Below, one piece after another: positions 12,306-27,042 of a stretch of DNA of 64,000 nucleotides; the first letter of the stretch is position 1, and the number at the start of each line of letters is the position of its first letter. Both the position numbers and the translations under genes were made by a program. Origin of the DNA: Epiperipatus broadwayi (taxonomy: Eukaryota; Animalia; Onychophora); the NCBI GenBank assembly GCA_028023455.1, contig JAQFVV010000008.1, forward strand, positions 16,492,001 to 16,556,000, read 5' to 3'. The notes beneath the pieces were generated by a model, which was not told the origin of the DNA, did no database searches, and worked only from the letters and a program-made list of their open reading frames with translations.

Positions 12306-14733
12306 ATATATAATGAAATGTTTACACAGAAAATAATTTAGTTTTAAAAAAGGTTAATAATTCTTGGTAAAAAGATCACATCACACATACCTGATTAGAA
12401 TTGCATGAGGGCAAATATGAATCTTAAAAATAAATTTTAAAACATATCTTGGATGAAGTGAATGCATCCAACCTGCACTATTTTTATTCGCTAGAGATTT
12501 TCTTTTGTCTTTACCAGGATGAAAATGTTAAGTTTAAAAGTTAATAAAGAGATGTGAAATTTAAAGGTTAAAATTTAAAAGTTGTAAACAAGTTAATAGG
12601 GTTTTACGGGGGGGGGGGGCAGAAATCTAATATTAAAACTCCCTAATTTTAACACTCTAGATATCTCTTAATAATTGAAGCAGTGGTTTCTGGGAGCTAC
12701 ACTCATTTGAAAATTAACATGAGTGGCTAGGAAGGTCCCAACTTTGCTGTCTTTCTTTGGAAGAATGGTGACCTTCCAACCACTGCACATCATCATCGCT
12801 GCAGAATTGAGAATACCAGTACCACCAGCTGCCAAAGAAGATAAGGGAAGACAACCTATTCAGAAGTGCCAGTGCCTATTCAAATGCCAGACAATTCAGC
12901 CTAGAAGAATATTGATATTTCTTCTCTGCAGAGCTCTATAAGTCTCTTTAAAATTCTTAATAATTTCTTTAAGCTAGCTATCTGTAATGAACATTCATCA
13001 AATAGTAATTTTTAATTCTCGATTAATTAAACTTTTGTAAAACAAAGTCTCTAAATGTAAATATAACTGTAATCATCTTGTCTATAAATATAAGTGTAAT
13101 TTTAAGGTAAATTCTTCTTTAAATATAATAACTGTAATCAGTTATTATTTAACTTTTATAATCTGTGCCCATGCCTATTTCTCTTTTGATTATTTTATTT
13201 TATTCTTAATTTATATGTTATCATATGCCATAATTTCAAAGCAGAGGTAAGTAACTTAGTAAAGTTTAGCGAGGTGATTAGAAGCTCTCCCATGTAATTT
13301 TTTCATTGCTTTTTAGCTGACAGAAATCTCTCCTTTGAAATCTATTCTAAGAGATATCAACAGATCCCTATGCACTCATTGTTATCTAGATTTAATTAAT
13401 TGATATGTATTAGTTTGTTTATTAAGGTTTGCGAATTAATATATATATTAGTTAAATAATGGCTTGGATGATAATTAAAGGCATATTTGTAAATGTCATA
13501 ACACCCATAATATGCTTTCTCTTCCCTAGTTTATTATATGAAATATACAGATACAATATTTCTAAACTAGATTGCTATTAATGAGCCCCGCTTAGCATAT
13601 TTAAGATATGCTAATTTGAGAACTGGGTCAGGGTAGTTTCGCTGAATGAAATTATAGAATTTAGCGCATATAAATTTGTCTTTAATTCTAGTAGTATTTT
13701 ATGAGTGTTACAAATATGTTTTTACTAAACACTATATGTGTATTTATACCTTACTATGCTTTCTTTTTAAATGGTCTCATGATGGTAGGCCACCCCATTA
13801 TTTAGTTTAGACAACCATACTTAGAACTGGAACACGAGGGTCCAGAACCATTTTAAAGCTGCTCCAACAGCCTGAACTAAGGTTCTTTATTATGTTAGAA
13901 AGTTGTACCGTCCATGGGAACAAAGTACTAGGTACTGAATCCCGTAAATATCTATGCATTCATACCATAACCATTATTTAGTATTTAGCACCATAGTATC
14001 AGAAGCACAGCTACAGCTACCAGTTCCTTCTGCCCTATTATTAAATTTCATTATTAGTCTGAACATGGAATCTGGTTCACTTAGGGAATCTGTATTTTGA
14101 CCATATTTGTTGCACATAAATTAATATATTAGAATGAATAAATTAACATTTTATTTGTATCATCCTGGTAGTATTTAGCTTCTCAGTAGCTAATCTAGGA
14201 ATAGTTGGCATAACATATATATAGGCATGAATCTTAATTGCAGATATATATATAAAGTGCATTCCAAATAAGATGACACTTGTATGTTAATTATATCATT
14301 ATTGTAATGCCTGTGTGTGTAAAACCTTGCAATCAAAGCACATCTATTGTTATTATATTAATCAGTTTGTTTACTTTAATTATTAAACATTTTTAAAATT
14401 TAATAGTGTTTAATGCATATCTTGTAATCCACTCCAAATAAACCCAAATTAACATAACTTTATTAGTATATATGTGCATTGGCCTATAATAGGCCAGTGT
14501 GTGTTTGTTTAATATTATTATTGAATTATTAAGTCCCAAGTCTCACATTCCACTCTTTTCTAAGCTGGCTCGCAAAGAAAATTGAGATCGAGGGTAACCT
14601 CATAAATGTCATCCATAGGTTATTAAATCGTGGAGCGCTAGTAAAGGAGTTGAAGTGTGGTCATCCGCTTCCGGGTAATTTGCCAGAACTCTGGATTTTG
14701 TTATGTGAATGTACAAATATGATTGTTACAGTA

Positions 14734-15909
14734 TGTATTGTGTTTTGGAGAGAGTTTGTTAATTAGTAGTAATTATTGTTAAATACAATTAAAATATATT
14801 TTATATCTTTTATTAGTTTCAAAAGTTCATCTTATGCTATTGTAATTAAATGCTATAAGGTATATGATTATGTTTACATAGAAGCTAGGCAAAATAATGC
14901 CACATTTTAATGGATTATATTGTAACAGGGTAAAATGTTCTGTATTGCAAGGAATAACTAAGTTTATATCAGCAAGATACCTAGAGGAATGATGGAGTAA
15001 ACTATTTTACATAGAGATCAAATAAAACATTATTTCACTTTGTTTAACCACTAAACATCACATGATCATCTCGGGTTTTTTTTTCACTTTGTTTCCTAAT
15101 AATCATTAATATTTAAGTTTCTGTGTCCCTTGTTTAACAAACTTGTTCAATAACATATTTTGTCCACATTATGTAAAGATACATTTGTAGTTTTATTTAA
15201 TAGAAAAATAGGAGTCAAACTTTCCTAATTAAATTCACTAGAAATTAATTATGATTGCTGAGAACTTAAATTATTATTATTATTATTATTACATTTTATT
15301 TTATATTTCTTTTATTTGTTAACAAATTGATTTTTATATTTTATTAAATTACCTGGTCTTCATCTTTCATTATTTCAACATTCATCATCTAAATAATAAA
15401 TATGGTTATATGGTATTATTATTATGCTTTTATTTAAAGGTACACTATTTTTTGTAGTAACATTATTTCTATTTATTGCTAATAATTACAAGCAATTTAA
15501 ACATTAATACTTAATTACTTAAGATATGGATTAAATACAATAAAATACCAATTGTTATTTAACCATATCAATAATAAAGATTTATAGTTAAACATTAAAA
15601 TTCATTAATTATATGAAAATATTTGAAATCCTGGGATAACTTTAGGTTTAATTATATAATATGAAAGTTAGAGTGTATATTCTAGCCAAAGACAAATATT
15701 AGACTTATTTATTCTTATTTACAAATACAGATATTTTGATTTCATAACCCTGAGATATTATTTAGTCATACACATTTTATAGTATTTTCTTAATATTTAA
15801 ATATTCTACTTACTTTAAAAAGCCTCATTATAATGATTGTCTGCATACTAAAGTTTGGACTAATGTGTAGTCATTCATCATCCAATTAATCTAACATTTG
15901 ACAGTTACA
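14734..15909 (+). mobile_element. LTR (~1.18 kb) followed by a primer-binding site
   Basis: Starts TGTATT and ends TGACAGTTACA. Collinear with the second copy at 26715-31370. A PBS follows immediately. Confidence 0.75.
15046..15081 (-). mobile_element. 36-bp micro-insertion of the 3' tail of the 38-kb HHR repeat family, with a 13-bp TSD
   Basis: tttcactttgttt at 15033-15045 and 15082-15094 flanks aaccactaaacatcacatgatca..., which matches 37848-37870 and is absent from the second LTR copy. Confidence 0.7.
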
Positions 15910-15912
15910 ATT

Positions 15913-15930
15913 TAGCACCCAATGTGGGGA
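15913..15930 (+). other. tRNA-Lys primer-binding site (decayed)
   Basis: TAGCACCCAATGTGGGGA versus the canonical TGGCGCCCAACGTGGGGC (14/18, two differences at CpG), 3 nt after the LTR-terminal CA. Confidence 0.75.
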
Positions 15931-18748
15931 CCAATAATAATTTAGACAAGGTATTGGCCCAAGATCATAACTAATGCATGGCTTGATAACATTTAATCTG
16001 AGAACAGTTTGTCAGTTACATTTTGTTTATAATATAAAAGTTTTATAATTTAACTTGCAAGGTATTGTAAAATTGGGTATTAAAATTGTAAATTATTGTG
16101 TGTACTTTAAGACAATTAAAATGTGGCTTTTGGTATGATGAATGATGATGATGATCTTTGTACTCCTTATAATAATAAATAAACTTGAATTTTAAATATC
16201 ATCTTCGAGTTTTAACAATTGCAGTATAAGTGTTAGAACATTTAATATATTCAAAAGATATAACATCTCTATGAATAAATTAGATTATTAATAATAATAA
16301 TCATGATGATGATAATAATGATGATGATAATAATTCAATTCATTTGGTTGTAAATAACAGCTTAGTAGCCACAAGTATTTACAGTAGTAATACATTAATA
16401 TATATAAAGTTTAGCTTTAATGAAAGGATTACGGTTCATATAAGTAGAGTTAAACATAGGTATCTTAACTCAGCTTTATATATTTACATGAATTGAATAT
16501 AGATCATAGAATATTGTTTAACAATGCTTTGGTTATTTTTTATGAAAAGAATGAGTTAAAAAGAAGAATAAAGGAGACTTTGATGATAAAACTTCTTGAT
16601 TCTGAGGCTATCAATCTTATGAAGACTTCTTTTGATATTAAGGGAAGGTGGAGTTTGAAATGAATTATGGGAAGGTTTGTTTGTTTGTATATATATGTTA
16701 GTTCCTTTAGTTTAATTTTTCACTTGAGAAGGTCTATTTGTAGTAGATGAAACCATGGTTGTGTAAGGATTTTGGTAAAATTTTGGATTTAATCTAGTAT
16801 TGTATTGTTTTATGTTTTTGCATTTTTGAATAATATGTATGTATTATATATGTATTTACTTATAGTTGTTCTTACATAATATGTCTAAGTTTATTTTTAA
16901 ATTGTCTTTTATTTAAATGGAAAATATCCACCTTCTTGAATTTATTGTTATATTCCATTTGTAATCTGTAAATTAATGAATAAGTTATTCTTTTTAATGT
17001 TTGTAAATAAAATAATCTTTATTTCTAGATTTAAAAGTTGGAATTCTGAGAGAAATTTTGTCATATAATCTGATGATATATTCCTATTTATTAATTTAAG
17101 TAAAAACATCATATCTGCTATTAATCTTTTATTATAAATACTTTATTTTTTATCTAAGTATGTATCATCATGAATGTATTGCAATAATAACTTTTAGTTA
17201 TTATTAACTTAATATAGGAATATTTTAAAATACTCTTATCTCTAATAAAATTATTTATAAATATAAAATCTATTTGAATATTTTAATATGTATACATATA
17301 CATATATACTATTTATATATACATGTGAACTTTAAATAATACATACCTTAATGTCAAACTTTTGAGTAATTATCAGATTTGAAGTTAAAGAATAAATAGT
17401 TTATATATATTGTTATTAGATCTTAATATTTATTGATAACAATTAATATTTAAATTAAGCATGAAAATGAAACAAAACACACGAGGAGATTCATTCTGTC
17501 TCTAGTTATTGAAGAGAAGAAAAGAAAATGATTTCTTTTTAAATAACTTTTTCTTTTATATAAATATTACTATTCAACATTGGAATTAAATATTAACTGT
17601 TCCAAATTAAGATCTATGGATTAAAAGATTACAAGGAAAATATTTTAATTTTTTATTAAATCTAAAAGGAATAGCAATATAAAAGAAAAGAACATCTGTT
17701 TGAGTTTTTGGAAACTACATTATTTTAATACTTCGTTGTTCTATAAATATATATAAATTTAAAATAATTATATATATAAAGAAATCTTACAATGTGGAGT
17801 GAGTAGAATAATTTTGTATCGTAAAGGTTTCGAAACCAACTTTCTTTTGCTAACTTGAAATATTTGTTGTATAGAACGTATAATAATAATAGAAAAATGG
17901 AGAATAAGAACATCAATAATCAAAGGATATCTACTTTATTTTATATCAGTCAAATCATTGGATAATATCAATAATTTATCAATTAAGAATAAATAAATAA
18001 TCGCTATACCAATGGATTAATATACTTCGCAAGAAAACTCCATTAGGATTATGTACTATGAACTTAAAGATCTATTCTTAACTCTGGAAATTAAGTTTTT
18101 TATTTATTTATTTATATATATTATAATAATATTTATATTATTTTAATATGTTTATTATTATTTTTATTTCAAATTTGGCATCGTTTCATTTTAAATAGGA
18201 ATATCCAAATTTAATATTATAAACATAAATTGAAAGTTTGACATAATTCATCAAAATTAGATGAAGGATAAAAAAATGGTTACTATTTAACAGATATTTA
18301 AAATAGGATTATTATATTTACTATATAATATAATAAACGTATAATGTATTTATTTTATTATGAATGCATATAATATATAAGTTATACAATTGTAAATAGT
18401 ACTTATATATTAATAATTATAAAACATTTGAATAAAGACTGTAAATAAATTAATAAATTATTTAAATTATTAATTTTTGAATTTATATATTGTTTTATAT
18501 ATCTGTTAATTTAAATTATATTCTTTACTTTTGAATAGTTTATTATAACATAGAATTTTATCATAACATGTTAGATGGGAATATTATTTATTAATATTTT
18601 AAAATGGTAAAATTCATCCTTATTTATTTATTTATTTATTAATATTTTATTTATCTTTTACATTATATTTTTTATTGTTTATTAAATATTGAGTTATTAA
18701 CTTGATCTCTTTGTCTAATCATTATTAAATTATATTTTATATATATAT

Positions 18749-20944
18749 TGTAACGATCCGGAGAATAGATCTTAACATCTTCTGCACTACAGGGCGCAAT
18801 CTAGGCATTTGAACCTAGAAAAATTTATAAAGTAGGCAGATATGTAAGTCAAAAAAAAAAAAACTTTTTTTATTTTTATTTTAATAAATATATTTTGATA
18901 TCCGGTCGTTAGCCCAAGTCACTAGCTCCTTGGAATAGCAGAGATTTATATTCATAAAAAAAAAAAATTATTATCTAAGAATAATTTAAAAAAAGAATAA
19001 AATAAGCCACTGCCAGTAATTAACATACAAACATTTATTTACGCACATATATATATATAAAATTTAACATTATTATTTTAGTATGTTTATTTTAGATTTT
19101 AATTTGATTTTATAATTTAAATTTACATTTTAATTTTTATAATATTATAAGTTTACATTTTAATTAAGTTTGCACAGATGGATTTATGAAAGTTTGTTTT
19201 ATAATGTTGAGTATAGATCGGTTACATAGATTACACGGTTAAAAACATTTCAAAGTAAACATAAACGATCAAAATACAAAATCATTGATACCGTCAATTG
19301 CATAGGGAATACAAGAAACCCAATGGTGTTCATTATAAGACACCGCATTAACACCAATAACTTAAAAGACATCCGAATAAATACATCTTAGATACTCACC
19401 GTAAGGTATCAGTATTTACCGAATGTCTATATATTTTGATCACATATGAAAACCAAAAACATAATTAACCGGTAACGAACCCATGCAAGCGTCTATACCC
19501 AACTTAAATTTAATGCAATTTTATTTAGAGTGTCGAGTATGAATGGACTACATAGATTTGCATTTTAAAGAAAATATTCTATCCTTATTTAACCTTAGGC
19601 TAAAAGTTCGCAGTCAAACTAACGTCAATTCATCTGACATATTGATGCATTCAATGTAATACGAAATACGGCAGCACAAAAGGTTAAGAGAAGAAATTGC
19701 CTCTTGTCAGATAGGAATACTACATCTATCAGACAAGAAGAGCAATAATAAAAAAAACTCCATCGAAAGGAACAGCGTTCTACATCTTATAATCCCTTCC
19801 ATAGGCAAAACGGAAGTGTGCGGCGTATAAAGCAATTCTGCCCGTAGCGAAACTCGAATTACATCTACTAACTACATCAGTATATCCAATTCATCGACCC
19901 AATTCAACCACGAAACAAATAACCTAAGATTACTCTCCCCTAATATAACTTTACAAATCTATATAGCCATTCACGCCCGACTAAAGTTTAACATTTATGT
20001 AATTTAGTCTAACGAAAAACAAAAATCATAATAGAAACTTAAAAGAACAAAAAAAAAAAAAAATGGAAATGATTTTACAAAAGAAATACATTAAATAAAA
20101 TTATAACTAATTAATAAATAACGTTGGTCAGATAGGATTCTATTTCTTGATTATTTTAAATACGGAAAGTTTTTAATTTAATGTTCATTAATTATAAAGT
20201 TCTTACGGTTTAAAACAGTTCATCTTTATCTGTTGCTTGCCATTTGAACATGAATTCCCATGCCATCCTAAAAAGATTGGTTGAGTTAGCCGTTGTTTTT
20301 TTATTTATTTATCTGGAGGTCTTTTAGTTTAGTTGGTCCTTAATGTAGAAAAAAATGATGTCATTTCTCTTCTTTTTTTTTTTAACAAAACTGAAGGGAT
20401 TGAAGAGTGCGTCTTTTCAATCCCTTCTCCTTCAACTCCACACTAACACATATCTGTCCACTCGTAATAACCAACTAATTCTTTTATTTTCAAACCTTTC
20501 CTTTTATAATAATTTTGTGGATTAACTCAACATTACGTCATGATGGTGAGAACCTTTTCGTTGAGATCCGATTTCCTGATGGATTTCTTTCATTTGCTAA
20601 AAGTTTCTATTGTTTTCCTATCTGACCGCTGCTTATACATTTAAACGCCCAAAGGCTAGTTTACTAATTAAAATAATCATTTCCATTTTACAAAAGATTA
20701 ATTAATTTGTTTTCAAACTTAAACATATATTTTTATCTCTAAATCTTTTCTGAAAATTTAGTTAAACTACTCTTTTTTTAATAAAGTTTTATTTTAATAA
20801 TTATTTATCTGTCCGATTTTATATATATACGAGTTTAAGATGATTTTTTTAATTCTTAAAAAAGACATTTTTATTGGCGAACTTTTTTTTATTTATTATG
20901 TTTACTAATAAAAAATAATGTAACATACGTATGTGCCCGTTACA
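18749..20944. mobile_element. Solo LTR (or non-coding LTR-derived element), ~2.2 kb
   Basis: TGTAACG...CGTTACA terminal inverted repeats with an ATAT target duplication on both sides. CpG-richer than its flanks; no ORF of 60 aa or more in the track. Confidence 0.7.
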
Positions 20945-21545
20945 ATATATATTTTAGTATTATAAATATCATATGAATATCAATTATTAGTTAATGCTTA
21001 TATAAAGGCATATTATATAATGACTTGTTTTGAAATTATCCCTGAAAAGAGCTAATTGCAAATTCTCCATGAGTTTGAATATTGTGGCATAATGGTGACT
21101 GAAAGAGGGATGAGAGATGGATGAACTAGTCTAAATTATATCAAAATTTATTTAAACATTATTGAGCTAGCATAATAAAGATGGATGTAATCATGGACTT
21201 AATATTTCATCAATTCATTTCTAGCATTCTACCTGAAGACCCAAAGTCCGATTGTAGTGCAATGCATATCCTCTTTCTGGTGAAAACCGGCGTCCCGTTA
21301 TAGTATCTATAATATTTGTCTTGAATTTTTTGTAGGACTGATATTATCAGTGTATTAAAAAGTAGCTTGTAAGTTCCTTATTTGAGTTTAATATTTAATC
21401 TCAATATTAAATCCATACTTTTGTAGGATTTATTTATTACTATTTGAATGTGACTGTTAAAAGATAAATTATTGGTAAAAGTAATACCCAAAGCTTTCTG
21501 TATATTATTCATAGATATTCTACTACCATTAATATCATAGTAAGC

Positions 21546-23830
21546 CAATGGTGGCAAACCTTTTTATGTGTACATGCCATAAATTTCCAAAAAATATTTA
21601 TTGAATAATTGATGCGCCATACAGTTATTAAATCAAAATATAAACAACTTAAATTATTTCAGTTTTTTAAAAGTTTATAAAATAAAATAATAATAATCAA
21701 ACAAAATTTCTAAATAAGCTAAATATAAGTGAATGATATTTATTTAGAAGAGCACAAGTTGAATAAAATGTAATAATAATTAAAACAAAATTTTGGAAAT
21801 AAACATATAAAATCAACATAAATAGATATTGTTTAATGACATTTTTGCTGTTGTACATTGGATGCCAAATGTTTTATACTGGTTCATATTTTGTCACTTT
21901 TAATAATGTACATGCTGAACTAGATTCATCTGTCATTCTCTTTCTAGAACTGTCTAATTAAATTCATTTCTGAAAACAATGATTCACATGCATATGTAGA
22001 GGAGAAAATTGATAATATAGTTAGTGGTCGCTAAATTTTTTAAATAATTAAATGTTTCAGGAATAGTATTCCAGGCAGTCAGTAGTTCCTCTTCAATATT
22101 CTTTTTACATATGCCCAATAATCAATCATTTTCCATTGTTTCTAACTCATTCTTCAAATCAACAAATTTCTGTTACCATATAGAACTGCATTGAAAATCG
22201 AATGATTACATTCTCATATCTTTCAAATTAAGCCACTTAAAAATTTTTAACTTGAGATTATCCATTGATATTATGTCTCGGTATAAAATAAATTTTGATG
22301 TTTCTGAAAATTTTTTGAAATATGTAAATCTTAAAGAAAATTAATCAATTATCGATTGAATAACAACACAAAACTCTTGCATCAATTTTACTTGATCTGG
22401 CTTCTCATGAGATTTAAGAACTTTTTTATATAATCAAGCATGATTACAATTAAATTATCTTACTATAACTTTGCAATTTCACATTTAATTCATTTAGATA
22501 TATGAACACATATCACTAGAAAACATTAACTTCAATTTCATTTAGATATATGAACACATATCACTAGAAAACATTAACTTCAAAAGCCATTCAACATTCA
22601 TTAATTCATTATATTTTTCAATGATTTTCTCATTATGTAAAAACAGTCTAGTTTCATCTAAATATTCAACAAATCTTTGAAGAACTTCTCAACTTAACCA
22701 TTGGACATTGTTGTACATAAGTAAACCTTTGTATACTGAGTTCATCTCACTCAATAAATTTAAATTTTTTTGTTCATTTAGAGCTTATGTAAATATAAAA
22801 TTGACTTAGTCATAATGTTCATAATATTATCCAATGAAAGTTGGCCATCATGCATGAAACTTGCTGATGTATAATGCAATAAAAACCCAAAATTGAATAT
22901 CCAATACAGTTGGTAAATAAACTGAGATAGCCATTTTCTTTTCCATTCATACTGCGAGCACCATCTATAGTTACTGATACAATTTTGCAAATATCTATTC
23001 CTTTTGTTATTGTTATTAATGAGGTTAAACTGATCAATTCTTTTTTGATATTATTGCCAACCCAGTAGTGAATAAAAATCAAACGAACTGATCCATTTAT
23101 GTCTGTACTTTCTTCGAGGCAGAGAGAAATTAAACTAGAAGATTTTATATCACTTTTTTGTTGGTAAGTTGTATGGTTAGCTATTTGAAGAATTCTTTCT
23201 TTAACTGTATTTCTAGCCAATAATAAATCTTTTATTCTCTGAATAATTTTTGCTTTATTTTCAAAATCTTCAAAAGAAACTAGTGCACATTTCATCCAAG
23301 CTTTTTTCATATATTCTCCATCATTAAAAAGTTTACCGTGTTTGGCAATTACATTTGAAATTTAAAAAAACTAGAGCAATTATATCTGAATGATTTTTGA
23401 TAAATTGTATTATAGATGTTGATTGAATATTTATATTTTTAAATGCTTGGGCAATATATTCTTTTTGTTCATCTTTACTTTTTTCATAGAGTGGTTTATG
23501 ATTGTTCTCATAATGCTGTTTTACCAATGATGTTCTCAATACAACTGTTCCAGAACATAGAGCACATACTGCCTTGGTGCCTTTGTTAATTATTCCATAC
23601 TCATCAGTCCACTAATTTTGAAATTCTCTACTGCTTTTGTTTTTTTTTATTTTCACTAGTCATATTAATATAATGGTAACAAATTTATTTAAAAGTAAAT
23701 TTAAATGAGCTTTAATAATTTTATAAATCAAAGATTTATTATATGTTAAAATATATTATTATTTTTACATTTCATTTTTACAGCAAAACTTCAAGCAAAA
23801 AAAAAAAAGTTTGATGGCACACTTCATTCC
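21546..23830 (-). mobile_element. hAT DNA transposon relic (GTF2IRD2/Spin/Charlie-like transposase); right end approximate
   Basis: ORFs 23539-23333 and 23310-22819 (KAWMKCA...SLCLEESTDI, a DESTD-like catalytic motif). C-terminal LSIFSSTYACES at ~22015-21980. hAT-like terminus caatggtggcaaacc at 21546. Confidence 0.8.
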
Positions 23831-23942
23831 TTTGTTCGCTATTTTGATTACATTAAAAAAATGAAAGGTATTAACACATTTAGATCAAAAAAGATTAGGA
23901 CAGAAAACTATTTTATTACTTTTACTTTAGATTTTAAAAAAA

Positions 23943-25204
23943 TTATTTTAAAGAGTTATGAAATATTTTACTGAGTTTACTTTCTAGTTTTATTGACAGG
24001 TTTATAGAATATGATACCACAGTATATAGGAACCACTTTATTTGACTTAAAATATTATTCCCACCTACATATGTATAATTTTGTTTTTCCAAATTTTGTA
24101 ATTTATTGCTTAGTTTACAGTAAATTTTTATTAGTCCAGATTTTAGCAACAAAAAAAATATTGAATAATTTAAAACATAGAAAATTATGATATGTGAATA
24201 GTTTGTGTGCCAGTAAAAAATTGGAATGTGCCATAGGTTCACCATCATTGTAATAAGCCATATTAATCACAGTTTTTTTGGAATAAGATACTATATTACA
24301 TTTAGTTAGATTTATTTTCATGTTATTAGCTTCACACCATTTCACATAACTTTGCAATATTTTAGGATCATTTTCATTTCTGATTTCTACAAATATCTTG
24401 ATATCATCAGCATAACATAAAATATTTTTCTCATTTATCATAGATGTTAAATCAGATATATAAATGGCAAAAAGAATAGGATTAAGAATACTTCCCTGTA
24501 GAATTCCATATTTGTAGGAAGCCATGGTTGAAAATTCTTTATTAATATGTATGTAATTATTTCTATTTGTAAGAAGTGAATTTAATAGTTTTAGAAGATT
24601 AGTGGATAAACCCATTGTATTTGTTTTCAGCAAAATGGTCCCATGATCTATTCTATCAAAAGCTTTAGAGAGATCAAAGTAAATGGCATCAAGTTGATAT
24701 TTGAGATCTATAGCTTATGATATAGCATCTGAAATATGTAATAAATGTATTTCTATGGAGTGTCCAAGAATAAATCCATGTATGGATGCTAGAAAGATAT
24801 TTTTAAATTGGTGTATGAGTCTATAATAAATTATTTTTTCAAATAGTTTTGCACATACTGGTAAAAGAATAATAGATCTGAAATTTGAAGGATCTGATTT
24901 ATTTTCTGACTTATAAACTGGAATTATTTTTAAGATTTCCCAGCAGTCATGAAATATTGCTGTTTTTAATATTAGGTTGAATATATATATATACTAATGT
25001 GGGTGTTAATAATTCTATAGAACCTTTGTGGATGAATATTGGTATATTATCATTGGCAGTACTTCTTTTATTTTTCAAATATCTAGTAGTATTTATGATT
25101 TCGCCAGCATGTACATTATTTATGTTTATTATGTTACCATTTTTTAAAGAATATTTATGTGAATTTCCATCAGTATGGTCCTTTTGAAAAGAGAAATATT
25201 CCAA
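23943..25204 (-). pseudogene. Non-LTR (CR1/Jockey-like LINE) reverse transcriptase fragment
   Basis: QLDAIYFDLSKAFDRIDHG (~24700-24640), GILQGSILNPILFAIYISDL and LCYADDIKIF. Frameshifted. Confidence 0.85.
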
Positions 25205-27042
25205 GATGTCTTCCCATAATTTTTTTTATGGCATTTGAAATTCTTGTAGCAAATTTTAAAAATCATAGTTGTATATTTAATTATAATTCACACACGCACA
25301 TAAAAACTTTTAAAAGGAGCAATACTCTGATAAAATATATTTAATTGTCAATTTATGAATAAATTAGTCAAAATAGGATCAATAAAGCAATACTTATATT
25401 ATGGTATATATAACTGATATAAGCTATATTTAAATGTGTATATGCATGTATGAATGTATATGTTTTTTTGATGTTTTAAATTTAAAGGAATGCTATCTTA
25501 AAATATTTAGGCAACGTTATTTTGAATATGAAACAAAATCTCAATTATTATGAGAACAGTAAATAAAATAAAAATAATTTATTTTAAAATCTGTAATATA
25601 AATATTCATTTATAATGATTTGTATATTAATTTTTATTAAAGTATATAATATTGTATTTAAATATATTTAAAAATATTATTTGTAATTTTAAAATGGTTT
25701 TATTGTAATTGGCACTAGAACTTCAAAACTGAAAAAAAATTCATCTGCCAACATATCATATCTTAGCGGTGCTATGGCAATCAGATCAAGCTTTGCTTAA
25801 AATGCTAAAAGCATGAGAAAATTTGAGTGTAGGTTATGATGAAATATGTCATGTGATTAAAACCTTTAAGTGTATGAACATGAGAGGATTCTTTCTCTTT
25901 CATTGCTAGTTATCTATTGGAAAATTGCACATAGTCTAAATTTAAATTTAATCATCTTTGCATCATTAATTGTGATGATTAAGGAATAATAAACCCAACA
26001 AACATTTGCCCTGTATGGCAAATGTATCTCTCTAAAACTGTCTAAATGAATAATCAAAACGTGAAAATATTCATCATCTTAAAGTGCATGAAAAACAAAT
26101 GAAAACTAAAAATTTTATGGAAATGGAAAATTAGAAATCTATTTATCGTTTGCTTATCAGTCAATACTTCAAAAATCACTTGCTTCTATATTTATTACAG
26201 TTGATTTAAAAGTTATGGGATAAACACCTGCATATTGGATACTTGTTTTTAAACAGATTTTAATACTAATGAAAGTTCTCTTCCATAATAAATGTCACTT
26301 CCCAGGAGATTAGTAATTATTCACTCCACATCTAAAGAAATGGAAAAAAAAAAAACTTTATATGATAAAAGTTTACCACTTTAATAGATTGATTTAAAGA
26401 CAAAATTTCAATGTTATTTATTGTCCTACAACAATTAATTCCATCCTTTGCAATTTACAATTAAAAATATCTAAGGATTTTGACCATTGTAAAAACATTC
26501 TAAAAGATTGCACCAGGATATAAAAATAATTGGAACTTTTAAAAACTTTAAGTGAACTCTAGGTTACAAGTTATTTGTTTTAATTATTATTCTATATAGT
26601 TGATTTGTTAAATAAAAGTTCTCATAAGAAGAAAATTAGATTAGAAAGGATTATACAGGTAGTATATTTAAATTGTATTATTATAACTTGAGCACTTGAT
26701 GGCTTGGGTGTGTATGTAATGTGTTTTGGAAAGTTTGTTAATTAGTAGTAATTATTGTTAAAGATAATTAAAATATTTTATATGTTTTATTGGTCTCTAA
26801 AGTTTATCCATCTATAAGGTATCTGAAATCTATGTAGAAATAATTATATTTATATAGAATCTAGGCAAGATTATGCCATATTTTTAATGGATTACATTAT
26901 AACAGGTTAAAAGTTTCTGTATTGTAAGGAACAACTGAGTTTATATCAGCAAGATACCTAAAGGAAGGATGGATTAAATTATTTTACATAGAGATCAAAT
27001 AAAACATTATTTTACTTTAATATTAATACGCCAATAAGCTAA

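Noticed and set aside
13220-13252. AG|GTAAGT donor as an upstream exon of the host gene
   Set aside because: Strong donor, but no acceptor or in-frame start giving the required phase 0, and no homology support.
17700-18080. Second Penelope endonuclease relic (WINILRKKTPLGL resembles the WI..L.T..P.GLN motif)
   Set aside because: A single short motif in very low-complexity sequence. The GIY-YIG core cannot be reconstructed.
21230-21300. ctgaagacccaaagtccga...gaaaaccggcgtc as a hammerhead
   Set aside because: The core is incomplete (no separate GA before the stem and no adjacent GAAA), and the stems do not close.
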